Source: Minisyncoccota bacterium
GTDB lineage: Bacteria > Patescibacteriota > Minisyncoccia > Phycocordibacterales > JABAAK01
Assembly (NCBI GenBank): GCA_963668425.1
Contig: OY764332.1
Location: forward strand, 359,504-423,503
Direction: 5' to 3'
DNA: 64,000 nucleotides
Below, one piece after another: positions 28,304 through 36,463 of the stretch. The notes under the pieces were generated by a model. It saw only the letters and a list, made by a program, of their open reading frames with translations, was not told the origin of the DNA and made no database searches. Every line of letters begins with the position of its first letter. Within the stretch, counting starts at the first letter, position 1. A program made the position numbers and the translations under genes.

Positions 28304-30487
28304 CTATAGATTGGTGTTGCCGAAGGTGTCAGATCCTGCATTGGTGTTGTCATGGTCTCTTTCTATTAGAATTTCGCGAGGTTTTGAGCCGACTTGTGGA
28401 CCCACTATACCATTTTCTTCCAACATATCAATCAGGCGGGCGGCACGGGAGTAGCCAATCTTTAATTTTCGTTGCAAGAGGGAGGTGGATGCTTTTTGTG
28501 CTTCTATGACGATGCGTAGTGCTTCAGGGTAGTGCTCGTCTTCATCATCTCCTCCTCCAAAATCAGTACTTCCTGCGACTTCTTGATTTTTGGTGATGTC
28601 AATGATACCTTCGGCGACACCGTTGTGTTTTAATAGATATGCGACCACCTTTTTTACTTCTATGTCAGTTACGAATGCTGATTGTGCCCGAACTGGTTTT
28701 TTGTTTTCAGAAGAGGAGAATAGCAAATCACCCGCGCCGATGAGATTTTCTGCCCCTGTTGTGTCAAGGATGGTGCGGGAGTCAATGTTTGAAGTGACTT
28801 GTAGTGCGATTCGTACTGGGATGTTCGCCTTTACGACACCGGTGATGATGTTGACAGACGGTCGTTGTGTTGAGATGATGAGATGAATGCCGACAGCGCG
28901 ACTTTTTTGTGCTATTCGAACAATGTTTGCCTCTATTTCTCGCGGGAAACTTTGCATCAGGTCTGCTAACTCGTCTATGACTACCACTAGGCAGGGTAGA
29001 TATCCTTCCTCATCGTCAATTGCTTCGTTGTATGCGCTTATGTTTCGTGCGCGGTGTGCTTCTAATAACTCGTAACGGCGTTCCATCTCTGAAACAATCC
29101 ATACTAATGCTTGTAATGCCTTCTTCGGGTCGGTGATAGGGTCGGTGTAGAGGTGTGGCACTCCTTTGTACAGTGTTAATTCCACCCGTTTCGGATCAAT
29201 GAAAATAAAGCGAAGGTCTCGTGGACCGTAATTGAACAGGAGTGAGAGGATGAAGTTGTGGATGAGTACACTTTTGCCTGATCCAGTAGTGCCGGCGACT
29301 AAAATGTGTGGCATTTTTTCTAAACTTTTCGCGAATATTGAGCCGTTGATGGTTTTTCCTATTACCAGTCCTAGGGAGTTTTTGATGCGGGTAAATTCTT
29401 TTGACTTTAGGAGGGTTTGCAGTCCTACTGTCGCCCGAGTGGAGTTTGGCACCTCAATGCCGATGAGCGATTGTCCCGGTATTGGTGCTTCAATGCGGAT
29501 TGGGTGCGCGGCGAGCGCTAACTCAAGATTTTGTTGTAAGCTGGTGATGCGAGAGACGCGTACCCCTTCTGCCGGGCGCACTGAATAGCGAGTGAATGAT
29601 GGTCCGACAGTCACTTCTTCAACCTCTACGTGTATTTTGAAGTTTTGTAGTGTTCGTTGTATGGCGAGTGACTGTGCCTTGGTGTTGTTTGCCGCTTGCC
29701 CCTTCCCTTTTTCGGCATTCAGTAGTGATGAAGGAGGGGCGATGTACGGGGGCGTCTCATTATCTGTGTGGTATTCTTCTTCATCCTCGTCGTCATCATT
29801 GTCCTCTTGCTCTTCATCATCATCATATTCATCCTCGTCATATTCATCCTCTTCATCATCCTCTTCATCTTCATCTTCCTCCTCTTCCTCTTCTTCATCC
29901 TCATCATCATATTCCTCATCTTCATCTTCATCCTCATCATATTCATCTTCCATGAAATCAAGATCGTTCAGCCATTTCCAGATGGTGAATGGTGAGAAAA
30001 TCTTAAGGATGTAGAGTGCACTGAGTAGTGCCAATGGCATCAACACGTATGAGAAAACCCCTAACACATCCTGCAGTGTACTGAAGATTGTCGCGCCGAG
30101 CACTCCGCCGGCAATTTCATCGGATCCTGCAGCGAAGAGTACTGATGCACTTACGATTGCCAGTATGCCACCGAGGATGAGTCGGATGTATGATAGTGGT
30201 TCTTTGACAAAGAGAAGATAGACCCCTCCTGTGGTTAGTAAGGTGATGAGGACAATGAAGCTCCAGCCGAGCAGTGCAGGAGAGCCGTCGGGTTTCATAA
30301 AGAGGTATTCGCGTATCCATGTGCCGAATGAGCCGGCGGTATCAAAGATGATAAGTGTGCAGAATAGTGCCGCGAGGAGGCATACGATGCTCACAGAGAC
30401 CGCGCGAAACCGTGATGATGTGTTTGTATACCAGTCGGCAGATCGCCGCAGCAGAGAATCTTTTCCTTTTTTTTTCTTTCGTGTCAT
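28304..30487 (-). CDS. ftsK: DNA translocase FtsK/SpoIIIE with an extremely acidic (~65-aa poly-D/E) linker.
   Basis: N-terminal TM helices. Walker A 'GTTGSGKSVLIHNFI'. Gamma winged-helix 'LLQRKLKIGYSRAARLIDMLEENGIVG'. Linker 'DEYDEDEDEDEEYDDEDEEEEEEEDEDEEDDEEDEY...'. Confidence 0.85.
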   Translation of the reverse strand: MTRKKKKGKDSLLRRSADWYTNTSSRFRAVSVSIVCLLAALFCTLIIFDTAGSFGTWIREYLFMKPDGSPALLGWSFIVLITLLTTGGVYLLFVKEPLSYIRLILGGILAIVSASVLFAAGSDEIAGGVLGATIFSTLQDVLGVFSYVLMPLALLSALYILKIFSPFTIWKWLNDLDFMEDEYDEDEDEDEEYDDEDEEEEEEEDEDEEDDEEDEYDEDEYDDDEEQEDNDDDEDEEEYHTDNETPPYIAPPSSLLNAEKGKGQAANNTKAQSLAIQRTLQNFKIHVEVEEVTVGPSFTRYSVRPAEGVRVSRITSLQQNLELALAAHPIRIEAPIPGQSLIGIEVPNSTRATVGLQTLLKSKEFTRIKNSLGLVIGKTINGSIFAKSLEKMPHILVAGTTGSGKSVLIHNFILSLLFNYGPRDLRFIFIDPKRVELTLYKGVPHLYTDPITDPKKALQALVWIVSEMERRYELLEAHRARNISAYNEAIDDEEGYLPCLVVVIDELADLMQSFPREIEANIVRIAQKSRAVGIHLIISTQRPSVNIITGVVKANIPVRIALQVTSNIDSRTILDTTGAENLIGAGDLLFSSSENKKPVRAQSAFVTDIEVKKVVAYLLKHNGVAEGIIDITKNQEVAGSTDFGGGDDEDEHYPEALRIVIEAQKASTSLLQRKLKIGYSRAARLIDMLEENGIVGPQVGSKPREILIERDHDNTNAGSDTFGNTNL

Positions 30488-30808
30488 AGATGGGAGTATA
30501 TCCTATTGTCAATATTGCTTTTATGTTGTTTATTATCACATGATTTTTTCCTTCTGGTTTCCATGCTGTTATTTGCGTGTTGTGTTACGTGTCAAACTCC
30601 TCTACTATTTAAAAAATGTGTGCCAAGTTCCTGGTAATAGTGTATTTTTGTGTTGGTTATTATCCACACGTCTCTTTTGACACTCCGAACATATCCTATA
30701 CAATACAATTGTCGTGTAGTGTTATGCAGTTTTTATATACCGTGTGTCATTTATGCGACACAAGAAATTATTAATTTTTTGTTAATTTAGTAAAATTCTT
30801 AATCGATT

Positions 30809-33800
30809 ATGAGTATTACAAATAAAGTAACCGTAGGGTTAGTTTCTTTTGCTTTCGTCTTTTCTTTTGTTGTGGTTAATTCTGTAACCGCACAGAACGA
30901 CGAAGATCAAATAGCCACTCTTCAGGCGCAGATTGCACAATTGCTTGAGCAAATCAAGGGATTGGAATCAGGGCAGACGAGTGGTGGTAGTAGCAGTACT
31001 TACACTGCCACTGCTACAGGAAGCAATGCAGCATGTTCATATACATGGACACGAAACCTTTCCATAGGATCTACTGGCGATGACGTCCGCCAGTTGCAAC
31101 GATTCCTCAATGGTAACCCTCAAACTCAAGTAGCTGTAACAGGTGTTGGTTCTCCTGGTAATGAGTCTAGCTACTATGGACCTGCAACCGCTCGGGCGGT
31201 GAGCAAGTTCCAAGAGATGTATGCTGCGCAAATCTTGACTCCGCTTGGTCTGACGAATGGTACTGGTGGTTTTTACACCTCAACACGTGCCCGCTTGAAT
31301 GAAGTGTGTCAGGGAAGCAGTGGAAGTGGATCTGGTATTTCAGTTAATCATGCTGGAACACGATCAGCGACTTCGCCTGCTGTTGTGCGGGTAACGGGTG
31401 ACGCCCTTGCAGTAACGGCTGGAAATCCAATCAGTGATTCATATGTTGTGCTTGGTGCGCAACGAGCGCCGTTTACCTCGGTTGTGTTGACCGCAGGATC
31501 TGATGATGTTCGGATAGAGAGTATTCGTATTAAGCGATTCGGACTCTCTTCATCTGACAACTTTGAGAGTATTGCGTTGGTTGATGCCAATGGTGTACAA
31601 GTTGGCTCCGCTCGATCGTTGAACAGTCGGGATGAGGTTAGCTTAGGTAGCAATTTTATAGTGCCGGCGAATCGATCAGTAACCTTGGCGGTCATTGGTA
31701 ATATGTCCAGTGATACTGACGAGTTTACTTCAGGATCTATCGCAGGTCTTGAGGTGGCAGAGGTTGTCGCTGATGCTCGGGTTCAGGGTACATTCCCAAT
31801 TCGTGGAGCAGCTCACGTTCTTTCGACGAGTATTGAACTCCAGAAAGTTGAGATTGAAGTGAGTGGAGGAGGTGGTAGTATTGAGTTTAATGAGGATACT
31901 GAGGTTGCCTCAGTTTCTATTGATTTGAGATCTGAGACCGTTGGAGGTGTTGATGCTGATAAGGAGGATGCGTATCTTCGGTCTGTTATTCTTGAGCAGA
32001 TTGGTAGTGTAGATGCTAGTGAAATCGGAGATCTCACAGTGTTTGTGGATGATGATAGAGTTGACCATGTTATTGCTGTTGATCGTGACCGTTTCATTAT
32101 CAATTTTGGTGGTAAGGGTGTAATGATTGAAGAAGGTGATGATGTGGAAATAACCGTTGAGGCGAACACCGATCGTGGCTATGAGGAGACCGTGCAGTTT
32201 GCTATTGATGACATGTCTGATGTGTATATTCTCGGTGCGAGTTATGGCTATGGTCTGCCGGTTTGTTTTGCAGGTGACGATAATTGTGATGGTAAGCAGG
32301 ATGAGACTGATTCATGGGACGATAACACCAAGACCTCTGTGGCGACTATTTCTTCCGGAAAGATTGCTAAAGGTGATCGTCTGAAGAAGTTTGAGGATGA
32401 AGTTCACTATGGCGACGATGTTATCCTTGGTGCGTATTCTGTTGAATTTGAGGGTGAAGATGTTTTGATGGAAGACCTAACTTTTGAAGTTTCGTTGAGC
32501 AATTATCCATGGACAAGCACCAGCGACAATGCGTGGGTAGACGCGGATGAGGACACTGTTCGTTTTGATAGTGTTCGTCTGCGAGTGGATGGTGAGAATG
32601 TCGCCTACGCTAGTGACAGTATTGACTTTGATGATTCGGATGCGGATGGTACTAGTATAGATTTGGATGTTGAATTTGATGGTGGTTTCACCGTTGATGT
32701 TCGTGATGATCGCGAAGTTATCTTTGAGATTGTCGCTGATCTTGATGCGGCATGGGGTCACTTCGAAGGCACATCTGTTGAATTTACCCTTACGGATGTT
32801 GATACTGCCGAGGGTGTGAGTTCTGAACGGGACTACACCGCTACGGGTGAGTACTTTGCGTCTGCTATTGAATTTGAAGATGTGAAGATTATGGGTAATG
32901 AGATTTCCTTTGATATTAACGATGATGGTGTTGATGGTACCAGTTTCGTTAGAGGTGCTGACAGTGTCGTGTTTGGTACCTTTGAAGTTGATGCGAAGGA
33001 TGCTATTGATGATGTGGAATTGCGTGATCTCTACTTGAGCTTCCAGATTCCATCTGACTCTGACCTTAGCACTGCTGTTGGTGACTTGAGTGATTTGAAT
33101 AACTGTCGCATTCTTGACGAAGGTGGTGATGAGATTGCCGATAGTCGTGGTGTTACAGGTGTGAAAGTAGCTGCTGACACTGATGTGGTAAATGATCAGG
33201 CGCGATTCCGATTTGACGACTATGTTGTTGAAGCAGGAGAGCGTGAGGATATGGATATCGTCTGTGATATTGATGACGGAGCTGACTCTGGAGATGCATT
33301 CAGGATTTCTGTTGATGTTAGTTCTACTGTGAATGACCGTGTGAAGTATAGAATTGGTCGAGATGAGGATGACATGTCGCTTGGTACTGGTTCGTCATCT
33401 ATTATTCAGATTGGTTCAAGTGGTGAGCTTACGATCTCAACAGATTACCCTGATGAGGATGAGGCTGTTATAGCAGTGGCAACTGGTAAGAGCGGTGCTG
33501 ATGATGTTGCTGTGCTTGAGATTGAGCTTGAGGCGGAGAAAGAAGATATAGAGATTTTAGATGTGTATCTCTCGCTCCCAACAAACATGGGTGCTCAAGT
33601 TGGCGGTAGTGCTGTTACTGTAGATGCAGATGAGCTGGAGGAGGTGTATGATCGCTTTACTCTGAAACTCGGTAACACGACCGCTGATGTGGATGATTAT
33701 ATGGCAACTGAGACATTTGCTGCGGCTGATTATGTCAATCAAAGTAGTGATGTTACTGGCACTAAATTAGTTATGTTTGAAGATGTGAATGAGATTGTTC

Positions 33801-34537
33801 GGGAAGGTGATGACAATGCGGAGACATTTGACCTGACATTTGACTTTAATGGTATTGACGATGATGATGGTGTTGCCGGTCAGTTTATTAAAGGATTCGA
33901 ATTGATTGTTGTTTGGGAAGGTGATGATAGTGGTACGGTTAACCTTACTAGACACACAATTGGTGATATCTTTACTGTTGCGTTGCCATTCCCAACTGTG
34001 CCGACTGTTTCAACGACGGAGACGAATCGCACATTGCAGGTAAGCGAGCAGAAGATCTATGAATTTACCGTGAATGCTGATGATGAAGGTGATGTGTATC
34101 TTGGTCAGGTTGGGTTTTCTATCAGCTTGAGCGATGGTGCCCAAATTGACGCAGGAGGTATTAAAGTCTATCGGGGTACTGGTAACAGTGGTGATTCTCG
34201 CGGTACGAATGCTTCTGCTGCTTCTGCTGCTACGAAGGTTGAGTTTACCACTCCTGAGCGAATTGACGCTGGTGAATCAAGAACGTACTCAGTGTATGCT
34301 GATGTGGGGGATGGTCTTGGGGAGAATGCTTCTGTAACTGTTCAGTTACTTCACGATGAGAAAGAGACCACTCCAGAGGCCGGTCGTCAGCATGGGGCAG
34401 CAAAAACAGCTGGTAACTTTGTTTGGTCACCGAATGCGCTTGACAATGACGGAGCGAAAACTAGCAATGCTGACTGGTTTACTGGTTGGACGGTTGTTAA
34501 GGACTCTGACACTAAGCAGTGGCGCCTTGAGAGATAG
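30809..34537 (+). CDS. Large (1242 aa) secreted, strongly acidic protein with an N-terminal signal/TM, a coiled-coil, a peptidoglycan-binding (PG_binding_1-like) domain and a long D/E/V/G-rich beta-type body.
   Basis: 'LSIGSTGDDVRQLQRFLNGNP...YYGPATARAVSKFQEMYAAQILTPLGLTNGTGGFYTSTRARL' fits the PG-binding domain pattern. The rest is low-complexity acidic. Confidence 0.5.
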   Translation: MSITNKVTVGLVSFAFVFSFVVVNSVTAQNDEDQIATLQAQIAQLLEQIKGLESGQTSGGSSSTYTATATGSNAACSYTWTRNLSIGSTGDDVRQLQRFLNGNPQTQVAVTGVGSPGNESSYYGPATARAVSKFQEMYAAQILTPLGLTNGTGGFYTSTRARLNEVCQGSSGSGSGISVNHAGTRSATSPAVVRVTGDALAVTAGNPISDSYVVLGAQRAPFTSVVLTAGSDDVRIESIRIKRFGLSSSDNFESIALVDANGVQVGSARSLNSRDEVSLGSNFIVPANRSVTLAVIGNMSSDTDEFTSGSIAGLEVAEVVADARVQGTFPIRGAAHVLSTSIELQKVEIEVSGGGGSIEFNEDTEVASVSIDLRSETVGGVDADKEDAYLRSVILEQIGSVDASEIGDLTVFVDDDRVDHVIAVDRDRFIINFGGKGVMIEEGDDVEITVEANTDRGYEETVQFAIDDMSDVYILGASYGYGLPVCFAGDDNCDGKQDETDSWDDNTKTSVATISSGKIAKGDRLKKFEDEVHYGDDVILGAYSVEFEGEDVLMEDLTFEVSLSNYPWTSTSDNAWVDADEDTVRFDSVRLRVDGENVAYASDSIDFDDSDADGTSIDLDVEFDGGFTVDVRDDREVIFEIVADLDAAWGHFEGTSVEFTLTDVDTAEGVSSERDYTATGEYFASAIEFEDVKIMGNEISFDINDDGVDGTSFVRGADSVVFGTFEVDAKDAIDDVELRDLYLSFQIPSDSDLSTAVGDLSDLNNCRILDEGGDEIADSRGVTGVKVAADTDVVNDQARFRFDDYVVEAGEREDMDIVCDIDDGADSGDAFRISVDVSSTVNDRVKYRIGRDEDDMSLGTGSSSIIQIGSSGELTISTDYPDEDEAVIAVATGKSGADDVAVLEIELEAEKEDIEILDVYLSLPTNMGAQVGGSAVTVDADELEEVYDRFTLKLGNTTADVDDYMATETFAAADYVNQSSDVTGTKLVMFEDVNEIVREGDDNAETFDLTFDFNGIDDDDGVAGQFIKGFELIVVWEGDDSGTVNLTRHTIGDIFTVALPFPTVPTVSTTETNRTLQVSEQKIYEFTVNADDEGDVYLGQVGFSISLSDGAQIDAGGIKVYRGTGNSGDSRGTNASAASAATKVEFTTPERIDAGESRTYSVYADVGDGLGENASVTVQLLHDEKETTPEAGRQHGAAKTAGNFVWSPNALDNDGAKTSNADWFTGWTVVKDSDTKQWRLER

Positions 34538-34571
34538 TGCAGTTCTGAGATTTGCCATCAACTATGGCAAT

Positions 34572-34728
34572 CAAAACCAAAAACCCGCTGAAAGAAAAGC
34601 GGGTTTTTGGTTTGTCTCGTAGGGGTTACTTGAGCAATCTATTGAACAGAGAATATTTGGATGGGATACTGTACTGCATTGCCCAACATCCTATGTGTTG
34701 GCAGAGAGTGCAAAACTGGTGCTTAGGT
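34572..34728. repeat. Direct repeat copy 1 (~150 bp incl. a 23-bp insertion). Contains a bidirectional terminator-like hairpin AAAAACCCGC-TGAAAGAA-AAGCGGGTTTTT followed by a conserved ~90-bp segment.
   Basis: Near-identical to 35744-35880, with about 5 substitutions in the shared ~130 bp. Confidence 0.85.
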
Positions 34729-35019
34729 TGCGTATTTTACAGTGTTGATTGCAATAACAATAAGTCCGGTAACCCCAGAAACCAATAGGATTGACTGAAT
34801 GGCAATATATAGCCAGCTCTTCTTGAGCGATTCTTTGATTTTTTGATCAATAGTATCACCAAACTTCCCACTATCTATGTGCTCTCCTATGATGGTTTTG
34901 ATTATTCTTTCAACCTCCTTGCTTTCAGAAAGCATGTGTAGCATGCGGCTTTCAAAGTCTTCATTAGCAACAAACGTGTCTCGTTGTTTATCTGTGATTG
35001 TTTCTTTATTTTTTGCCAT
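34723..35019 (-). CDS. Hypothetical small tail-anchored membrane protein (98 aa, single C-terminal TM).
   Basis: ORF with 'WLYIAIQSILLVSGVTGLIVIAI' C-terminal helix. A-rich codon usage unlike the flanking genes. Overlaps the upstream 73-aa ORF by 14 nt. Confidence 0.35.
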   Translation of the reverse strand: MAKNKETITDKQRDTFVANEDFESRMLHMLSESKEVERIIKTIIGEHIDSGKFGDTIDQKIKESLKKSWLYIAIQSILLVSGVTGLIVIAINTVKYAT

Positions 35020-35227
35020 CTTTCATTTCATCAGAGGGTGTGTATTTTTTGGAGCCAACAGATAACCCCTGTCCTTTTGACTGCTCTGCAACATCCAAGA
35101 GAAAGGCAATTGTGCTTGCATCTCCTTTCATTCCGTACTCTTTAGTGATGGTGCGAAGTTTGTCAAAGTGTCCGTTAGTGAATTCAACGTTAATCTTGTT
35201 GTCAGTGTTTTCTAAGTTGATAGCCAT
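35006..35227 (-). CDS. Hypothetical small soluble protein (73 aa), first gene of a two-gene minus-strand pair.
   Basis: ATG start. A -10-like CATACT lies immediately upstream, so the transcript may be leaderless. No recognised domain. Confidence 0.3.
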   Translation of the reverse strand: MAINLENTDNKINVEFTNGHFDKLRTITKEYGMKGDASTIAFLLDVAEQSKGQGLSVGSKKYTPSDEMKDGKK

Positions 35228-35340
35228 ACCAATAGTATGCCATGACTGCCTAATCTGTGCTATTCTGAAGACACAATAGTTTTCCCCACGTTAACCACAT
35301 TTTTTGTTGGTTGCCGTTGAAACTGAAAGCATTGAAATGA

Positions 35341-35358
35341 CTCCTCTACGGAGAGGAG
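35341..35358. promoter_or_regulatory. Perfect 18-bp palindrome CTCCTCT-ACGG-AGAGGAG in the divergent intergenic region between the small-gene pair and the STAS-like gene. Candidate operator or hairpin.
   Basis: 7-bp arms with a 4-bp spacer. Followed by a T-run and a TATACT -10-like box 7 nt before the ATG at 35391. Confidence 0.35.
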
Positions 35359-35390
35359 TAGGGGTATTTTTTCTTTTGTATACTAAATAT

Positions 35391-35723
35391 ATGAAAAAAG
35401 TGTTTCTTAAAGCATATGGCACTGTCTTGGTTGGTAGGAAAGATGGTACTGAGGCATTTGTTGCACTAGAGAGAAATATGCGGGACATGCCTGAGGGTGA
35501 GGTACTATTTTTTGATTTTTCAGACATTATCACCTTTGCACCAACATGGTGTGATGAGTTCTTTGGAGAAGCTACAATCAAATATCCTGGAAGAATAGTC
35601 ATTGATGAATCAATTGGCGAAGGATTAAGGAAGCCCTTTGAGGTTATAGCAGAAGCAAGAAAAATAGCATTCACTTTTGGATCGTTTGTTGAAACCAAGA
35701 ATGAGAAGATGAGCCAAGATTAA
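35391..35723 (+). CDS. Small STAS-like (DUF4325-like) domain protein (~110 aa).
   Basis: The pattern 'K.YGTVLVGRKDGTEAF..LE......EGEVLFFDFSDIITFAPTWCDEFFGE' resembles the DUF4325 STAS-like signature (..DF..V..isSSF.DEl.G.). Start moved to the internal ATG 'MKKVFLKAYG'. Confidence 0.35.
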   Translation: MKKVFLKAYGTVLVGRKDGTEAFVALERNMRDMPEGEVLFFDFSDIITFAPTWCDEFFGEATIKYPGRIVIDESIGEGLRKPFEVIAEARKIAFTFGSFVETKNEKMSQD

Positions 35724-35743
35724 GGAATGATACACCGGCAACC

Positions 35744-35880
35744 TAAAACTAAAAACCCGCTGAAAGAAAAGCGGGTTTTTGGTTTGTCTTCTATTGAACA
35801 GAGAATATTTGGATGGGATGCTGTACTGCATTGCCCAATATCCTATATGCTGGCAGAGAGTGCAAAACTGGTGTTTAGGT
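35744..35880. repeat. Direct repeat copy 2 (~130 bp); see copy 1.
   Basis: Shares the AAAAACCCGCTGAAAGAAAAGCGGGTTTTTGGTTTGTCT...GGCAGAGAGTGCAAAACTGGTG core. Confidence 0.85.
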
Positions 35881-35896
35881 GATATAGTAGAAGTAT

Positions 35897-36367
35897 ATGG
35901 GAGATATAGCATTTACTGTTAATGCACTAAATGTATTAATTGCGTGTGGAGGATTAATTGCACTCACTTTGGGGTGGTTATTCAAAATACACGGCAGGGT
36001 GTCAGAGCTTGAAGGCATAAACAAAGGTAAAGAATTAGCAAAAGAACAAAGCCCACTTACTCTCACAGATGCAGGCAATGCCTTATTGTGTGATAGTGGT
36101 GGTAAAAAATACATTGAAGATAACGAAAAATCATTGATAAAAAACTTTAATGACTTGGACAATGCTTTTGATATACAGGAGAAGGCAAAAGACATAATAC
36201 GGGAAAAGATGAAAGAGCCAAACGCTCTTAAAAATATCAAGATATACCTTTTTGATAATGGAAAGTCCGTTGAAGATATAGTTTTGGTGATGGGGTTGGA
36301 ATTGCGCGATGCTGTCTTTAAGCATAAAGGTATAGCAGTTGAGCAAGTGGACGCAGACAAAAGTTGA
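35897..36367 (+). CDS. Hypothetical membrane-anchored protein (N-terminal TM + ~120-aa soluble domain) immediately upstream of the MTase-HNH gene.
   Basis: 'VNALNVLIACGGLIALTLGWLF' helix. A-rich codon usage. No family recognised. Confidence 0.35.
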   Translation: MGDIAFTVNALNVLIACGGLIALTLGWLFKIHGRVSELEGINKGKELAKEQSPLTLTDAGNALLCDSGGKKYIEDNEKSLIKNFNDLDNAFDIQEKAKDIIREKMKEPNALKNIKIYLFDNGKSVEDIVLVMGLELRDAVFKHKGIAVEQVDADKS

Positions 36368-36463
36368 CCTTGCTCTATATAAGCAAAAGAACATACAAGT
36401 TTGAGTTCTTAACAATTCGCTCTTATAAACGCTGGCTGAATTGCCTGACTGCCATAGAGTAAA

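Noticed and set aside
29592-30014. 140-aa Ser-rich +strand ORF
   Set aside because: It is antisense to the poly-D/E linker of ftsK. The low-complexity tract keeps it open by chance.
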